The notes beneath the pieces were generated by a model. It was given only the letters and a program-made list of their open reading frames with translations, did not search any database and was not told the origin of the DNA. Position numbers and translations under genes: made by a program. A stretch of DNA of 64,000 nucleotides from a virus (lineage: Duplodnaviria > Caudoviricetes). This document shows positions 50,237 through 60,327 of this stretch, piece after piece (position 1 is the first letter of the stretch; the number at the start of each line of letters is the position of its first letter). The DNA is taken from positions 64,001 through 128,000 of the IMG/VR virus record IMGVR_UViG_3300032295_003763; one strand, 5' to 3'.

Positions 50237-53143
50237 TTAAATTAATCTTAAAGATGATTTAGGAACGAAATCGCGAACACCGTTAATTTCTACCTCTACA
50301 GCTTCATCTAGGTTAGCATTCTCAAAAGCATCTTGAAACACTATGACTTTATGATTTGCTAATTCTCCATCAAATTCTGGAGAAACAATAGCATACATTT
50401 GTGTTCCTTCTAACTCCTCATGCCCTTCGTGCTCTTCATGTTCTTCTGAATCATCGGATTTATAGAATGAATAAGAAATTCCTGAATCTTCTGACTCAAA
50501 TTTTTCTAAATCCATCTTATCTTCTGAGCTCATACCCATAAATTTAGATGGTTCGCTGCTCAAAGGATTATATTCAGGATCCCATTCTTCATCATCTTCT
50601 TCATCTGGTGAATATTTATATGGATCCTTTACGAATGTGTCATCTAAATACTTTTTAAAACTATTAGGAACAGATTGCCATTTATTTGATATTTCAGCAT
50701 CCTCTACTTCCATTTCTATCCCTTTTCTAGAATAGTCAGGATTTTCATACATATCAATAGTATCTATAACATCCATATCGTCTATAACTTCGGACATAAC
50801 AGATTCTAATGGTTGTTCTTCCATAGTTGGTTCACTGCCCATTTCTATACCCATTTGATAATTATCTGCAGAAGTCATTTCAATCTTATTTTCTTGAGAT
50901 GACAAATTAGAAAATTCCTCTTCTGTTTGCTGACCATTTTGCAACATAATTATAGCAACGTGGCGTATAGAATCTATCGCTGTAATTCTACCTAAACCTT
51001 TACCTGTAACCTTTACCATATCTCCAACTTGGAAATCTCTTTGAGGTAATTCTTGAACATATGCAGTTGTACCCTTCTTCTTGTAATCTTCCAATTTTTC
51101 CATTTCTTCTGCATATTCTTCTTCATCAGAAACTTCTTCTTGTGAAGCGAGTCTCAATTCAGGGAATCTATAAGTTGATTGAGTACCATCTGAGAAAATA
51201 ACAGTTGCTGTTTTCTGAGCAGAGTCAATACCTGTAATCTTACCTACTCCCTTCTCAGCTACATCGACTTTATCACCAATGTTAAACAATCTTTCTGGAG
51301 TTTCTTGTACAAAAGCAGCTGTTCCTTTTGAGCCCTTTGTTTTTTTAGATTCATGCATAGATGAACCTTCAGGCTTTAATTCTATTTCTGAAAAGTCCAA
51401 ACGCTGTAAATTACCATCTTCTAATGATATAGTAGCCTTTTTCTGTACAGAATCTACAGAAACTATTCTACCTTCTTTTCCAGCATACATTACTAAATCA
51501 CCTACACCAAAATCCATATCTTCCATGAATTCTACTTCAAGTTCTGGAATTTCTTCAAAATCTATCATATCAATATCATCTTCTTCAGAACTTTCATATT
51601 CATAAGTTTTGAAAGTTTTCAATTGAGCTGTTTTTTCAGCATATGTGTTTTTAAGTTTGTTAATTTCAGAATACAATTCTCTTTTAACTGCTGAAATTTC
51701 ATCAGAACTGGATAATAAAATATCTTGTTGTGCTTCTTCAATTTTCAAAATATTTCTTTCGCATTCATCAATCTTATTTAGAATTACTCTTCTTTCATTC
51801 TCAATTTGTTGAATTGCTCTGTTTTCTGTAGATAAAAAGTCAGATAGACTTTCAGATATATCATAATTCAAAAACTCAAGAATAAAATCACGAGCTTGTG
51901 TTCCATTCATAGATGAATAAACTTTATTTTCATTCATGAAAGGATTTGTTTTAACGACAGTCACAGATCCACCCAATCTTAAAATGCTTGCTTTAATAGA
52001 TGGGTGATTCTTAGAAATAATAGTTTTAGCAAAATCAATCTCACAAAGTGTATCTATATTTTCATAGATAGCGTTGAAATTGTTGAGATCGTCTTGTTGA
52101 TTCCAACGGAAAATACCAGATTCAACAAGTTTATTATTTACTTCGGAAATATTTAATTTATTACCATTAAGAACAATAGACTTATCTGATACATTGATTT
52201 TCAAAACGTTATTGCCATATTCATAAGAAATAGTATTTCTATCAACAGCAACATTGTTTCGATTTATAATTGAATTTAAACGAACGAAATTTTCATTAAT
52301 TCTTCTCATTGAATCAATTTCAATAGGAGTGATCGTTTCATTCACTTTTTTGAAATAGTGGTTATCAATTGCAAAGTAATCTGAATTTTTCTCTACTAAA
52401 ACAAAAGAAAATACTGGATTTACAATACATTCTGTTGAAGTTCTAGAAATATTAAATTTAGATTTCGCTTCATTTGATTCAAATGTTTTCAACTGATTTT
52501 GAAGATTTCTGATGATTGGTTCATAGGAATAAATTTCCATTTCAGCAATCATAGCAGAACGTAAATCAGAGGATTTGTTTTCAATAAATTCACGTAAATT
52601 AGTTATCAAAGGCTTGTAAAATTTAGCAGATTTTGAATTTTCTAATGTATGAACAGCAGTAGCAACCGCTATTTCTTCTGCTAAGTTATTCTGTGCATCC
52701 ATAACGACTTTAACCGCTTCATTTATTGAAGGATCAAAACAGAATGGCTTAAGTTGTGCTACGAATTGCTCAGATAACAAAAAGTCTGGTGTTTCCATGA
52801 CTTTGCTTTTCTGATACCATTCAGTAACATATTGAATTCTTGGGTTATGATCCCATACTCCTGTATATCTAATTCTATCAAGAGCGCGAGAAATACCCAT
52901 ATCGTTAAGCTTATTAAGATTCTTTTCGCTATCCAAGAATCGTTTTACATGAATATCTGAGCTCTTAGTTTCACTCAATTTTTCATGTACAAGTGTACTT
53001 AACTTTTGTTCTGATACATTACCTGCTAATTCAAGGAGGCTTTCTAATACTTCACGAACAGCCGCATCAGAAGTGCTGTTCTTCAGTTTTTCTACTCTAT
53101 TCTTTAAGAAGGACATGCCGAATCCTTTATTTTTAATATACAT
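50237..53143 (-). CDS. Large late protein with coiled coil, three KOW/SH3-like repeats and an acidic tail (possible head core protein)
   Basis: FGVGDLV, FNIGDKV, FQVGDMV repeats; GATATATA at 53163-53170. Confidence 0.8.
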   Translation of the reverse strand: MYIKNKGFGMSFLKNRVEKLKNSTSDAAVREVLESLLELAGNVSEQKLSTLVHEKLSETKSSDIHVKRFLDSEKNLNKLNDMGISRALDRIRYTGVWDHNPRIQYVTEWYQKSKVMETPDFLLSEQFVAQLKPFCFDPSINEAVKVVMDAQNNLAEEIAVATAVHTLENSKSAKFYKPLITNLREFIENKSSDLRSAMIAEMEIYSYEPIIRNLQNQLKTFESNEAKSKFNISRTSTECIVNPVFSFVLVEKNSDYFAIDNHYFKKVNETITPIEIDSMRRINENFVRLNSIINRNNVAVDRNTISYEYGNNVLKINVSDKSIVLNGNKLNISEVNNKLVESGIFRWNQQDDLNNFNAIYENIDTLCEIDFAKTIISKNHPSIKASILRLGGSVTVVKTNPFMNENKVYSSMNGTQARDFILEFLNYDISESLSDFLSTENRAIQQIENERRVILNKIDECERNILKIEEAQQDILLSSSDEISAVKRELYSEINKLKNTYAEKTAQLKTFKTYEYESSEEDDIDMIDFEEIPELEVEFMEDMDFGVGDLVMYAGKEGRIVSVDSVQKKATISLEDGNLQRLDFSEIELKPEGSSMHESKKTKGSKGTAAFVQETPERLFNIGDKVDVAEKGVGKITGIDSAQKTATVIFSDGTQSTYRFPELRLASQEEVSDEEEYAEEMEKLEDYKKKGTTAYVQELPQRDFQVGDMVKVTGKGLGRITAIDSIRHVAIIMLQNGQQTEEEFSNLSSQENKIEMTSADNYQMGIEMGSEPTMEEQPLESVMSEVIDDMDVIDTIDMYENPDYSRKGIEMEVEDAEISNKWQSVPNSFKKYLDDTFVKDPYKYSPDEEDDEEWDPEYNPLSSEPSKFMGMSSEDKMDLEKFESEDSGISYSFYKSDDSEEHEEHEGHEELEGTQMYAIVSPEFDGELANHKVIVFQDAFENANLDEAVEVEINGVRDFVPKSSLRLI

Positions 53144-53187
53144 AAGTATAGTTTGTGTTATCTATATATCAATAATTAAAATGTTTT

Positions 53188-54072
53188 TTACGCTTCATTG
53201 TCATTATTTTGCGTAATATTTTCTAATCCAACCTGATTTGCAAGATTCAGATTGTTCAATTGTGTAGAATTTTTGACTTGAATACTTACTCGATCGCTTG
53301 TAAACACAATATTTCCATTATCATCTCTACTTATTGCATCACTTGAAACAAAGTCAAGAATCTGGTTTCCTTTGAAAAACTGTGTGTTTTTGTCAAATAT
53401 TGGATAATATGTTTCAAGTTCGACTGTAAATTTCATATTTGTATTTACATTTTGGCTCGTAACTGATCCAAAACTCCATTGAAATAGTTTTTCTAAAGGC
53501 ATATCTGCAGGAAATCCCATTTGAAATGGTATTCTCACATAATTCCATCTAACAGACGAGGCTACCGTTGGCCAAAATACTTCTATTACCTTTTCCCAGA
53601 TCTTCCAAGAATCCTCTTGAGTATCAGCCTGTATCTCAATTTCAAAATTCATTTTCAAAGGAATGGAGTGCATTTTAGCACTATAAGTCAAAAGTTGGTT
53701 ATTTTCATCTTCCTTTACAAAATCCCCACGAACCAAATAATTTGTTAAAGAAGCTGTATTTATATTGACATTATTCATTTTTACCATACCCCTAGGCAAA
53801 ACATCAATATTTCCATCTACTTTTTTGGGCTGGATACAATCATTCCATTGTATATAAAAATCTTGTAATGTCCTTTCATCACCAGTAAGTGAATAATAGA
53901 AAGGAACATAATGAGTCTTTTTTTCAGTATCGGATAAAATGTAATCTAAATAAACCCTATCATTCAGAATATTGATAACACCTGCAATAACTGTACGGAT
54001 AAATATATTATCATAATTAAATTTATGATGAACCCCATCTATAGCTTGAACTGGAGTTGGTGTACCATTCAT
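53188..54072 (-). CDS. Tail sheath stabiliser/terminator (T4 gp15-like)
   Basis: VPFYYS..GDER, LPRG, IPLKMNFEIEI, FTVELETYYP. Confidence 0.7.
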   Translation of the reverse strand: MNGTPTPVQAIDGVHHKFNYDNIFIRTVIAGVINILNDRVYLDYILSDTEKKTHYVPFYYSLTGDERTLQDFYIQWNDCIQPKKVDGNIDVLPRGMVKMNNVNINTASLTNYLVRGDFVKEDENNQLLTYSAKMHSIPLKMNFEIEIQADTQEDSWKIWEKVIEVFWPTVASSVRWNYVRIPFQMGFPADMPLEKLFQWSFGSVTSQNVNTNMKFTVELETYYPIFDKNTQFFKGNQILDFVSSDAISRDDNGNIVFTSDRVSIQVKNSTQLNNLNLANQVGLENITQNNDNEA

Positions 54073-54081
54073 GTTAAATCA

Positions 54082-54339
54082 TTAATTTTTCATCCTAAAA
54101 TCGGTCTTAGATTCACTTAATAAGATATTCAAGGATTTGGTCTGATAATCTACAACTATTTTATCTACTTTGAAGTATAATTTATTATACAGAATTATAT
54201 CTCCAATTCTTGGTAGAAAATCACTTTCTTTTATATATCCAGAAAGTTCTTTGTCATCTGAATAAGAAGCTTTACCGAAATCATTTATATCTTTTAGAAT
54301 ATAAACTTCGATCTCAAATTTTGTTTTTTTATTAAACAT
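54082..54339 (-). CDS. Hypothetical protein
   Basis: 85 aa; FLPRIGDII. Confidence 0.65.
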   Translation of the reverse strand: MFNKKTKFEIEVYILKDINDFGKASYSDDKELSGYIKESDFLPRIGDIILYNKLYFKVDKIVVDYQTKSLNILLSESKTDFRMKN

Positions 54340-54342
54340 ATA

Positions 54343-56013
54343 TTATATACATTTTTCTACTGTCAAATTAGAAAAATTATCTTTCAATGATGTAGTGATA
54401 GTCCAATCAAACAACTCCAAAGGTAATGGAGCATGGTTAATAACCATAATATTCATGTTATTATCTTTAGCGACCCTTCTTAAAATTTCAACAATCCTTG
54501 AAACATTATTTGGATCTAGAGAACTAAAAATCTCATCCAAAAACAATATATTTAAAGATGGAAATTTGAGTTTAAGCATTTTTATAATAGCAATCAATAC
54601 AGCAAAATCGAGCATCTTCAATTGACCTGTAGATAACTCTTCTATTGAAATTTCATATGAAAGCTGTGTAAGCTTCGCCTCAAATTGACCATCAAACTGA
54701 ACTTTAAATGGTAACTCTAATTCGGATAAAATAGAATTAATCTGATTATTCATAGGTTTAACAATATGTTCCATAACAGATTTTTTCAATCCATTATCAC
54801 CTAGAATTTCTTCAACAATTCTATTTATACCTTCCTTTTTCATTAACTCCTTTCTCTGAACTTGAATCTCCTCTAGTTTTTCCATATTTTGTTCAATGAT
54901 TCTACGGATACCATCGGTCTGCTGATTACTCTTTTTAGACTCTGTATCTTTGATCATTGATTGGATACTTCTAGATTTTGAATCAATATCAAACAGGCGA
55001 GACTCACATTCCTTTAGAGCCATCTTTGCTTTAGACATTCTTTCATCTAACTCTTTCGATTTCTCTTGTAGTTCTGTGAGTTTTAACTTATATGATTCTT
55101 CTTCAGTTAAAATTTCTTGAAATTTATGCTTATGTTCATCACTATCCAGAGGTGAACCGCATGTTGGACATTTTGAAGATTCATATAACCTTTTTTGTTT
55201 TGAAATAACTTCAAGGTTTGAATTAATTGATTGCTTACTCTTATAGATCTTCCTTTCTGCTTCTTCTAACTTTTCCTTCGCTTCGGACGCTTTTACCTTT
55301 TTTTCTTGAATACCATCTTTTCTAGAAATCAGGTCTTCATAGTTCTGTCTTAAAGCATTTATCTTTTCAGTATTATCTTCTTCAACTTTGCTTTCAACAA
55401 CAAGCAACTCTTGCTCGGCTTTTTTAATATTATCTTCTACAAATCTAATATTGTCTTCATATCTTGATAAAAGATTTTTAGTTTCATTTATCTCTTGCTT
55501 AATAACCTTAATCATTTTATTAATGGATTCAAGGCCAAATATACGGTCAACAATTTCCTTTTTATCACTAGGTGTCATTTTCAAAAATGATTTAAAATCA
55601 TTTATAGAAAGACTAATAGAATTGTTAAATATATTTTGAGGAATACCTATAAGGTTATCCTCAAGATACTCTTGAACATTCTTTACACCCGCTTCTTTAT
55701 ATTCAACTCCAGCTATTTTAAGAGTTAAACTATTTGGTAAGAATGTTCTGTTTATATCTATAGTACCTAAACGAGATTCAAAGGTAATATTTACTTCACC
55801 AGATTTATTTATTCGGTTAACACATTTAGCAATAGTTTTACCTGCAACCTTTCCATATAGACCAAGTTTTAAAACCTGACTTATAGTTGATTTACCAGTT
55901 CCATTTTCTCCAAAAATTTGATATAAACCTGGATTCGAAGGATCAAACTTAATAGTTTGCCATCTATTTCCATATGAGTTTATATTTCTGAATTTTACTT
56001 CTGTTAATTGCAT
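54343..56013 (-). CDS. gp46: Recombination ATPase, SbcC/Rad50-like (T4 gp46)
   Basis: GENGTGKST, coiled coil with CPTC hook, LSTGQ, LFLDEIFSSLD, INH. Confidence 0.93.
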   Translation of the reverse strand: MQLTEVKFRNINSYGNRWQTIKFDPSNPGLYQIFGENGTGKSTISQVLKLGLYGKVAGKTIAKCVNRINKSGEVNITFESRLGTIDINRTFLPNSLTLKIAGVEYKEAGVKNVQEYLEDNLIGIPQNIFNNSISLSINDFKSFLKMTPSDKKEIVDRIFGLESINKMIKVIKQEINETKNLLSRYEDNIRFVEDNIKKAEQELLVVESKVEEDNTEKINALRQNYEDLISRKDGIQEKKVKASEAKEKLEEAERKIYKSKQSINSNLEVISKQKRLYESSKCPTCGSPLDSDEHKHKFQEILTEEESYKLKLTELQEKSKELDERMSKAKMALKECESRLFDIDSKSRSIQSMIKDTESKKSNQQTDGIRRIIEQNMEKLEEIQVQRKELMKKEGINRIVEEILGDNGLKKSVMEHIVKPMNNQINSILSELELPFKVQFDGQFEAKLTQLSYEISIEELSTGQLKMLDFAVLIAIIKMLKLKFPSLNILFLDEIFSSLDPNNVSRIVEILRRVAKDNNMNIMVINHAPLPLELFDWTITTSLKDNFSNLTVEKCI

Positions 56014-56021
56014 AATAATTT

Positions 56022-57914
56022 TTAGAAAAGTGTAACCTTTTTAAAATCAAATCCTAATCCAAATTCAGCTTGATGCCCAAGTATAAATCCAGGTTGTGAA
56101 TTTTGTGCAAATTCAGTAATAGAATATGTGTCAGCAGAACAAACCGATGGTAATGTTATATTAAGGAAATTAGTACCTTCTTTACATTCCAAATGATGAA
56201 AATGACCTTTGATAACTAAATGATAATAACGTTTTCCATCACCAAATAAATTGACAAGCTCATCACCTTTCTTTTTAGCTAAATTCGCATCACCGTGATG
56301 TGAGATTATACATATATTTTCACGATTCTGATTAATAATACCATCTTTCGCAAGTATAACATTAATCTTGTCTGCCCATTCTCTTTGTAAAAATCTATAA
56401 ACGATTTTAGCAGCAGTTCTGTTTTTATCATCATGCCTTTGTGATCCAATTCTATCATGATTCCCTTCAAGACCTAACAATTCTATTGACTTAAAATTGG
56501 TATTCTCAATGATAGTAGAAAATAAAATATGAAATAAATCCAATGCATAAAATATTTGATCATCTTGGAACATATCCATCTGTCTATGAATACCATGATG
56601 AAGCCCATCTTCCATTATAGATTCTGTTATATCGCCACCGCAAAGAATGGTCAGATGTTCATATTTACTTGATTCTCTACAAATGTGAAAAGCCATTTGT
56701 TCAAATCTTTCTTTAGCTATTTCTTTATTATAGCCTCTACCATAAATAGGATGTTCATAGCATTTACCGATATGAAGATCACTCATAAAACAGAATAATC
56801 TGGGATATTGCTTACCATCTGTTTCAGATTTTTTTTCAATTGTAGAAAACTTAATAGTTTCTCTTTGTCTTGGTCTATTTTCATCAAAATATTTATTTAG
56901 ACAGGTTTCGATCCATTGCTTCTCAGATTGAATTTCCAATAAATTCTTTTGAGAATCTTTAAATCTTTTCTCATAATATTCTGATTTCTTCTCAACCATC
57001 TTTTTCATACCAGCAGATTCTTTCGCTTTCAATGCGAATTCAGCTAATTCTTCTTCGGTATGATTTTCAACTATATGTTGTGGAAATAGTTTATCCTTTG
57101 TTATATTAAAACAACGGATAATTTTCTTCAATTCTGTAAATGTAAGATATGGAAAGTCTTGGCTAATCGTATTTTGAGTCACGTATGGGTACTTACGATA
57201 AATATCTTCCATTTGATGAAGGGATAAAGAACCCACGAGTGGATAACTATCTCTAACTAAAATGTTGTAATGATATCTAGTAATCTTTCCATTTTCATCT
57301 CGGTCTACCCACCATTTAGAACGATTATCATAATCATCAGATGCATCTTTAATCAAATTTTCATCTAATAATTGATATAATTCTTTAGATTTTTCTAATG
57401 GGTCATACAAACTAGATTGTACATAGTCTGAATCATAATCCGCATTATATGTTCCACCAAGATCAAAAAATGTCTTAGTATAAGTTCTCGCAGTTCTCTG
57501 AGAAAATGGAAAATTAGATTCTATGAACTGGATATATGTGCCATCTGGTAATGTATTTTTAAGCACCAAAAGCAATTCACCAATTCTAGATGTATACTTC
57601 TTATCTGGATCAGTTTTAGTAAACTGAGAAAGATGTAGAATTTCATTTACAATCTGATTAATTGAATCACCATTTTCAGATTCACGATTCTTACTTTTAG
57701 ATGAAGATTCTGCTAAAAGTGATTTATATGTATTATATTCATCTTCAGAAATTCTACCTTTAATATAAGCAGCTTCTATTTTTGATTGAACATCAGTCCA
57801 CCATTCTTGTGTGTATCCTAAGTTGAATAATGCTTCAACTAATGTCAATTTGTTTGAACGCGAAACTGCCTCAAGCGTTGCTAATATTTGTTTAAATACG
57901 TTTAAGTCTAACAT
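56022..57914 (-). CDS. Calcineurin-like metallophosphoesterase with long N-terminal extension including a DUF3102-like segment
   Basis: SDLHIG, GGDITE, GNHDR, HHGD, GHFH; IGELLLVLK...FIESNFPFSQRTARTY. Confidence 0.8.
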   Translation of the reverse strand: MLDLNVFKQILATLEAVSRSNKLTLVEALFNLGYTQEWWTDVQSKIEAAYIKGRISEDEYNTYKSLLAESSSKSKNRESENGDSINQIVNEILHLSQFTKTDPDKKYTSRIGELLLVLKNTLPDGTYIQFIESNFPFSQRTARTYTKTFFDLGGTYNADYDSDYVQSSLYDPLEKSKELYQLLDENLIKDASDDYDNRSKWWVDRDENGKITRYHYNILVRDSYPLVGSLSLHQMEDIYRKYPYVTQNTISQDFPYLTFTELKKIIRCFNITKDKLFPQHIVENHTEEELAEFALKAKESAGMKKMVEKKSEYYEKRFKDSQKNLLEIQSEKQWIETCLNKYFDENRPRQRETIKFSTIEKKSETDGKQYPRLFCFMSDLHIGKCYEHPIYGRGYNKEIAKERFEQMAFHICRESSKYEHLTILCGGDITESIMEDGLHHGIHRQMDMFQDDQIFYALDLFHILFSTIIENTNFKSIELLGLEGNHDRIGSQRHDDKNRTAAKIVYRFLQREWADKINVILAKDGIINQNRENICIISHHGDANLAKKKGDELVNLFGDGKRYYHLVIKGHFHHLECKEGTNFLNITLPSVCSADTYSITEFAQNSQPGFILGHQAEFGLGFDFKKVTLF

Positions 57915-57933
57915 ACCTTGATTCTCTTAATGA

Positions 57934-59040
57934 TTAATCTTCCTCTTTTATTGCATCAAACAATAAAGTTATTTTATTTTCAACTTTATTCTTTGTCTCT
58001 TCGTCATATTCCAAATTTTTAATTAGTTCTTTGGATAATGATATTATATCAAACTTTGGGGATGCTTCATTTTCAAAGTCAAACTCAAAATCACTTTCAA
58101 AATTAAGCAGTTCATCTTCCTCAATTTGAACTATCTCTATACTTCTTTGAGTATTTAGTGATTGAACAAATCCTGGAATGTCTAATTCTTCAAGCCATTT
58201 TCGAGTTACTTTCAAATCTACAAATTTATTTTTAAATATTGCAGAAATATGTTCTCTACTTAATTCTAGCAAAGAATCGAAATTTGTAGTAATATATTCT
58301 GGCGAATAATCATTTTCTACAAATTGTTCTTCAAAACTTTCCAGATCTAACAAGTATATTCCCTTTTTATTACCTATATCTGATCTAGTCATATGATATG
58401 GGCATCCTATAAGGGTAATAAAATTACTCACCTTTTGTCTGTAGTGTATGTGTCCTCCATAAACTTTTTTATGTTTTCTATAGGTTTCTGGGTTATTACC
58501 ATGTTCAATAGTTACCTTACCATTAAATCTAGCATCTTTTATATCAGTATGAACAAATAAAACATCAGATGAATTAGATTCTAAAAATTCCTTTTCTTCT
58601 TCTGAATTCATACCCCAAGGCATAAGTAATAGATTTCTATTTTCGGTTTTTATTGTTTCGGGACTGTTATAAACATAAACATTTTCTAAAGCAGAGATAC
58701 AAGAAAGTGAATGAACTTGAGCAGAGTCTTTAGTCCAGCAGTCATGATTACCTGTAATGACAAAAACTCCTGTATCTGAAAAGATTTGTCCTAAATCTCT
58801 AAAGATTTCAATACAAGAGTTCATTACTAGAATATTTAACGATTGCCTTGAATCAAATATATCACCAAGAATAAAACAAGCATCACCTTCTCGTTTATTC
58901 TCTTTTACGAAAGGAATAAAAAAATTATAAAAATAGTCAGTTTGTATCTTTAACCATTCTGGATTATTAGATTTTATACCGAAGTGTAAATCTGATATTA
59001 AAAAAAGACGTTTAATATTTTTTTGATTAGAAACAGGCAT
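57934..59040 (-). CDS. gp47: Recombination nuclease, SbcD/Mre11-like (T4 gp47)
   Basis: SDLHFG, LGDIFD, GNHD, GHIH, G.PY. Confidence 0.92.
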   Translation of the reverse strand: MPVSNQKNIKRLFLISDLHFGIKSNNPEWLKIQTDYFYNFFIPFVKENKREGDACFILGDIFDSRQSLNILVMNSCIEIFRDLGQIFSDTGVFVITGNHDCWTKDSAQVHSLSCISALENVYVYNSPETIKTENRNLLLMPWGMNSEEEKEFLESNSSDVLFVHTDIKDARFNGKVTIEHGNNPETYRKHKKVYGGHIHYRQKVSNFITLIGCPYHMTRSDIGNKKGIYLLDLESFEEQFVENDYSPEYITTNFDSLLELSREHISAIFKNKFVDLKVTRKWLEELDIPGFVQSLNTQRSIEIVQIEEDELLNFESDFEFDFENEASPKFDIISLSKELIKNLEYDEETKNKVENKITLLFDAIKEED

Positions 59041-59058
59041 AAACCTTACCAAAGAGGA

Positions 59059-59436
59059 TTAACGAATGGCTACATTAGTTACAAAATCAACACAACACCT
59101 ATAGACTGATTCTAATCTAGATCCCCCATCAAACTGACAGAGAATATTTGGTTCTATAAGATTATTTTCCTTTGGATGAAGTTCAGCTATAAAACAATGT
59201 GTGCCTTTTATAACTATTTGAACTTTATCGATTTTTTCAATTTCATCTAGAACCAACATAAGTTGATTCCAATCTCTTTCTGGTGACCAAGTTTCTGTCA
59301 TAGGGACACCTTCAAATGCCAAATAACATACTCCTGATACTTCTCTCGTAGGTAAATTAGTAAATTTAGCTAACCTATAATTTGAACGTTCTGCTACATA
59401 ATCAATAGGTTTTAAATAAATATCATCTTTGTACAT
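59059..59436 (-). CDS. Hypothetical protein
   Basis: 125 aa; DWNQLMLVLDEIE. Confidence 0.7.
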   Translation of the reverse strand: MYKDDIYLKPIDYVAERSNYRLAKFTNLPTREVSGVCYLAFEGVPMTETWSPERDWNQLMLVLDEIEKIDKVQIVIKGTHCFIAELHPKENNLIEPNILCQFDGGSRLESVYRCCVDFVTNVAIR

Positions 59437-59447
59437 AAATTTATTCT

Positions 59448-59657
59448 TTATTTAAAATTATATTCTGAAAGTATATTTTTTAAATTGTTTGGAAATTCTT
59501 CAAAAGATATTATAGTATAATTATTTGCATCTAAATCATTATCATAAATCCATTGATCTATATCTTCACGAGATTCAAATACTTTGTTTTTATCCGATTC
59601 TTTAAGAATCTGTATATCATAAATATTACAATTTGTTTGTAAAACTATGAATTGCAT
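59448..59657 (-). CDS. Small hypothetical protein
   Basis: 69 aa ORF. Confidence 0.6.
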   Translation of the reverse strand: MQFIVLQTNCNIYDIQILKESDKNKVFESREDIDQWIYDNDLDANNYTIISFEEFPNNLKNILSEYNFK

Positions 59658-59689
59658 AAGAATAATTATGTTAATATAATAGTTTTTTA

Positions 59690-60211
59690 CTAATTATCCA
59701 AATTTTTATTATCATTTTCATCATCTAAATCATCCTTTCCCCCATGTCCATCTAATTTATCTTCACCTGATTCTTCTATAAGATCATCAATATAGTCATC
59801 TTCTTCCAATTCGTAATCCATATCATCTATTTGAGCAGTCGTATAAATCCCCTTATCTATACATTCCCTTGTAAAATCGTATTCAATTTGAGCTTCTGTG
59901 GGCTGATGCCAGCTAGTATTCGTAATGATTGCCATAGCTGCACTTATAGGTACTTCTAAGTTTACATTCTCAAAATTACTCATTGTTGATATTTTTTCAA
60001 ATAAATCTACTAAAAAATTTTCAGCTGAAGATTTTAATGTGGCTGAATATTTTGTTTTCAAAATAACATCTCTATCTTTTAAAGATAAGTCTTTATCTGA
60101 TAACAAATTAGGTGTTTTTAGTTTTTTAATGTTTCCATCTAATTTTAAATTATTCTTAATTTTTGAATCAGAACCTTCTTTTTTTTCGTTATTTCCTTTA
60201 TTCTCTTTCAT
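59690..60211 (-). CDS. Hypothetical protein with acidic C-terminus
   Basis: 173 aa; GATATATA at 60239-60246. Confidence 0.7.
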   Translation of the reverse strand: MKENKGNNEKKEGSDSKIKNNLKLDGNIKKLKTPNLLSDKDLSLKDRDVILKTKYSATLKSSAENFLVDLFEKISTMSNFENVNLEVPISAAMAIITNTSWHQPTEAQIEYDFTRECIDKGIYTTAQIDDMDYELEEDDYIDDLIEESGEDKLDGHGGKDDLDDENDNKNLDN

Positions 60212-60327
60212 AATAGTCCGATTATATTTGATTATTTGTATATATCAATTTACCATAAATTACTCAAAATGAACTTTTAAAAAAATGATATTATTTTACG
60301 ATATATAAGAAAAAACAAGGATTTACG

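Larger units (their letters stand above)
1480..60307. promoter_or_regulatory. Recurrent GATATATA late-promoter-like octamer (dispersed; span covers all copies)
   Basis: Minus-strand copies at 1480, 2814, 5506, 8054, 13072, 17351, 21968, 23022, 31771, 34734, 38973, 45049, 48043, 48492, 49899, 53163, 60239; plus-strand copies at 20161, 20594, 39019, 60300; each oriented toward a nearby start codon. Confidence 0.85.

Noticed and set aside
8818-60272. Plus-strand ORFs antisense to long minus-strand genes (e.g. 10702, 15693, 45690, 47226, 51279, 59925) and minus-strand ORFs inside plus genes
   Set aside because: Fully nested shadows of real genes, with Ser/Phe/Ile-biased composition and no promoter or motif
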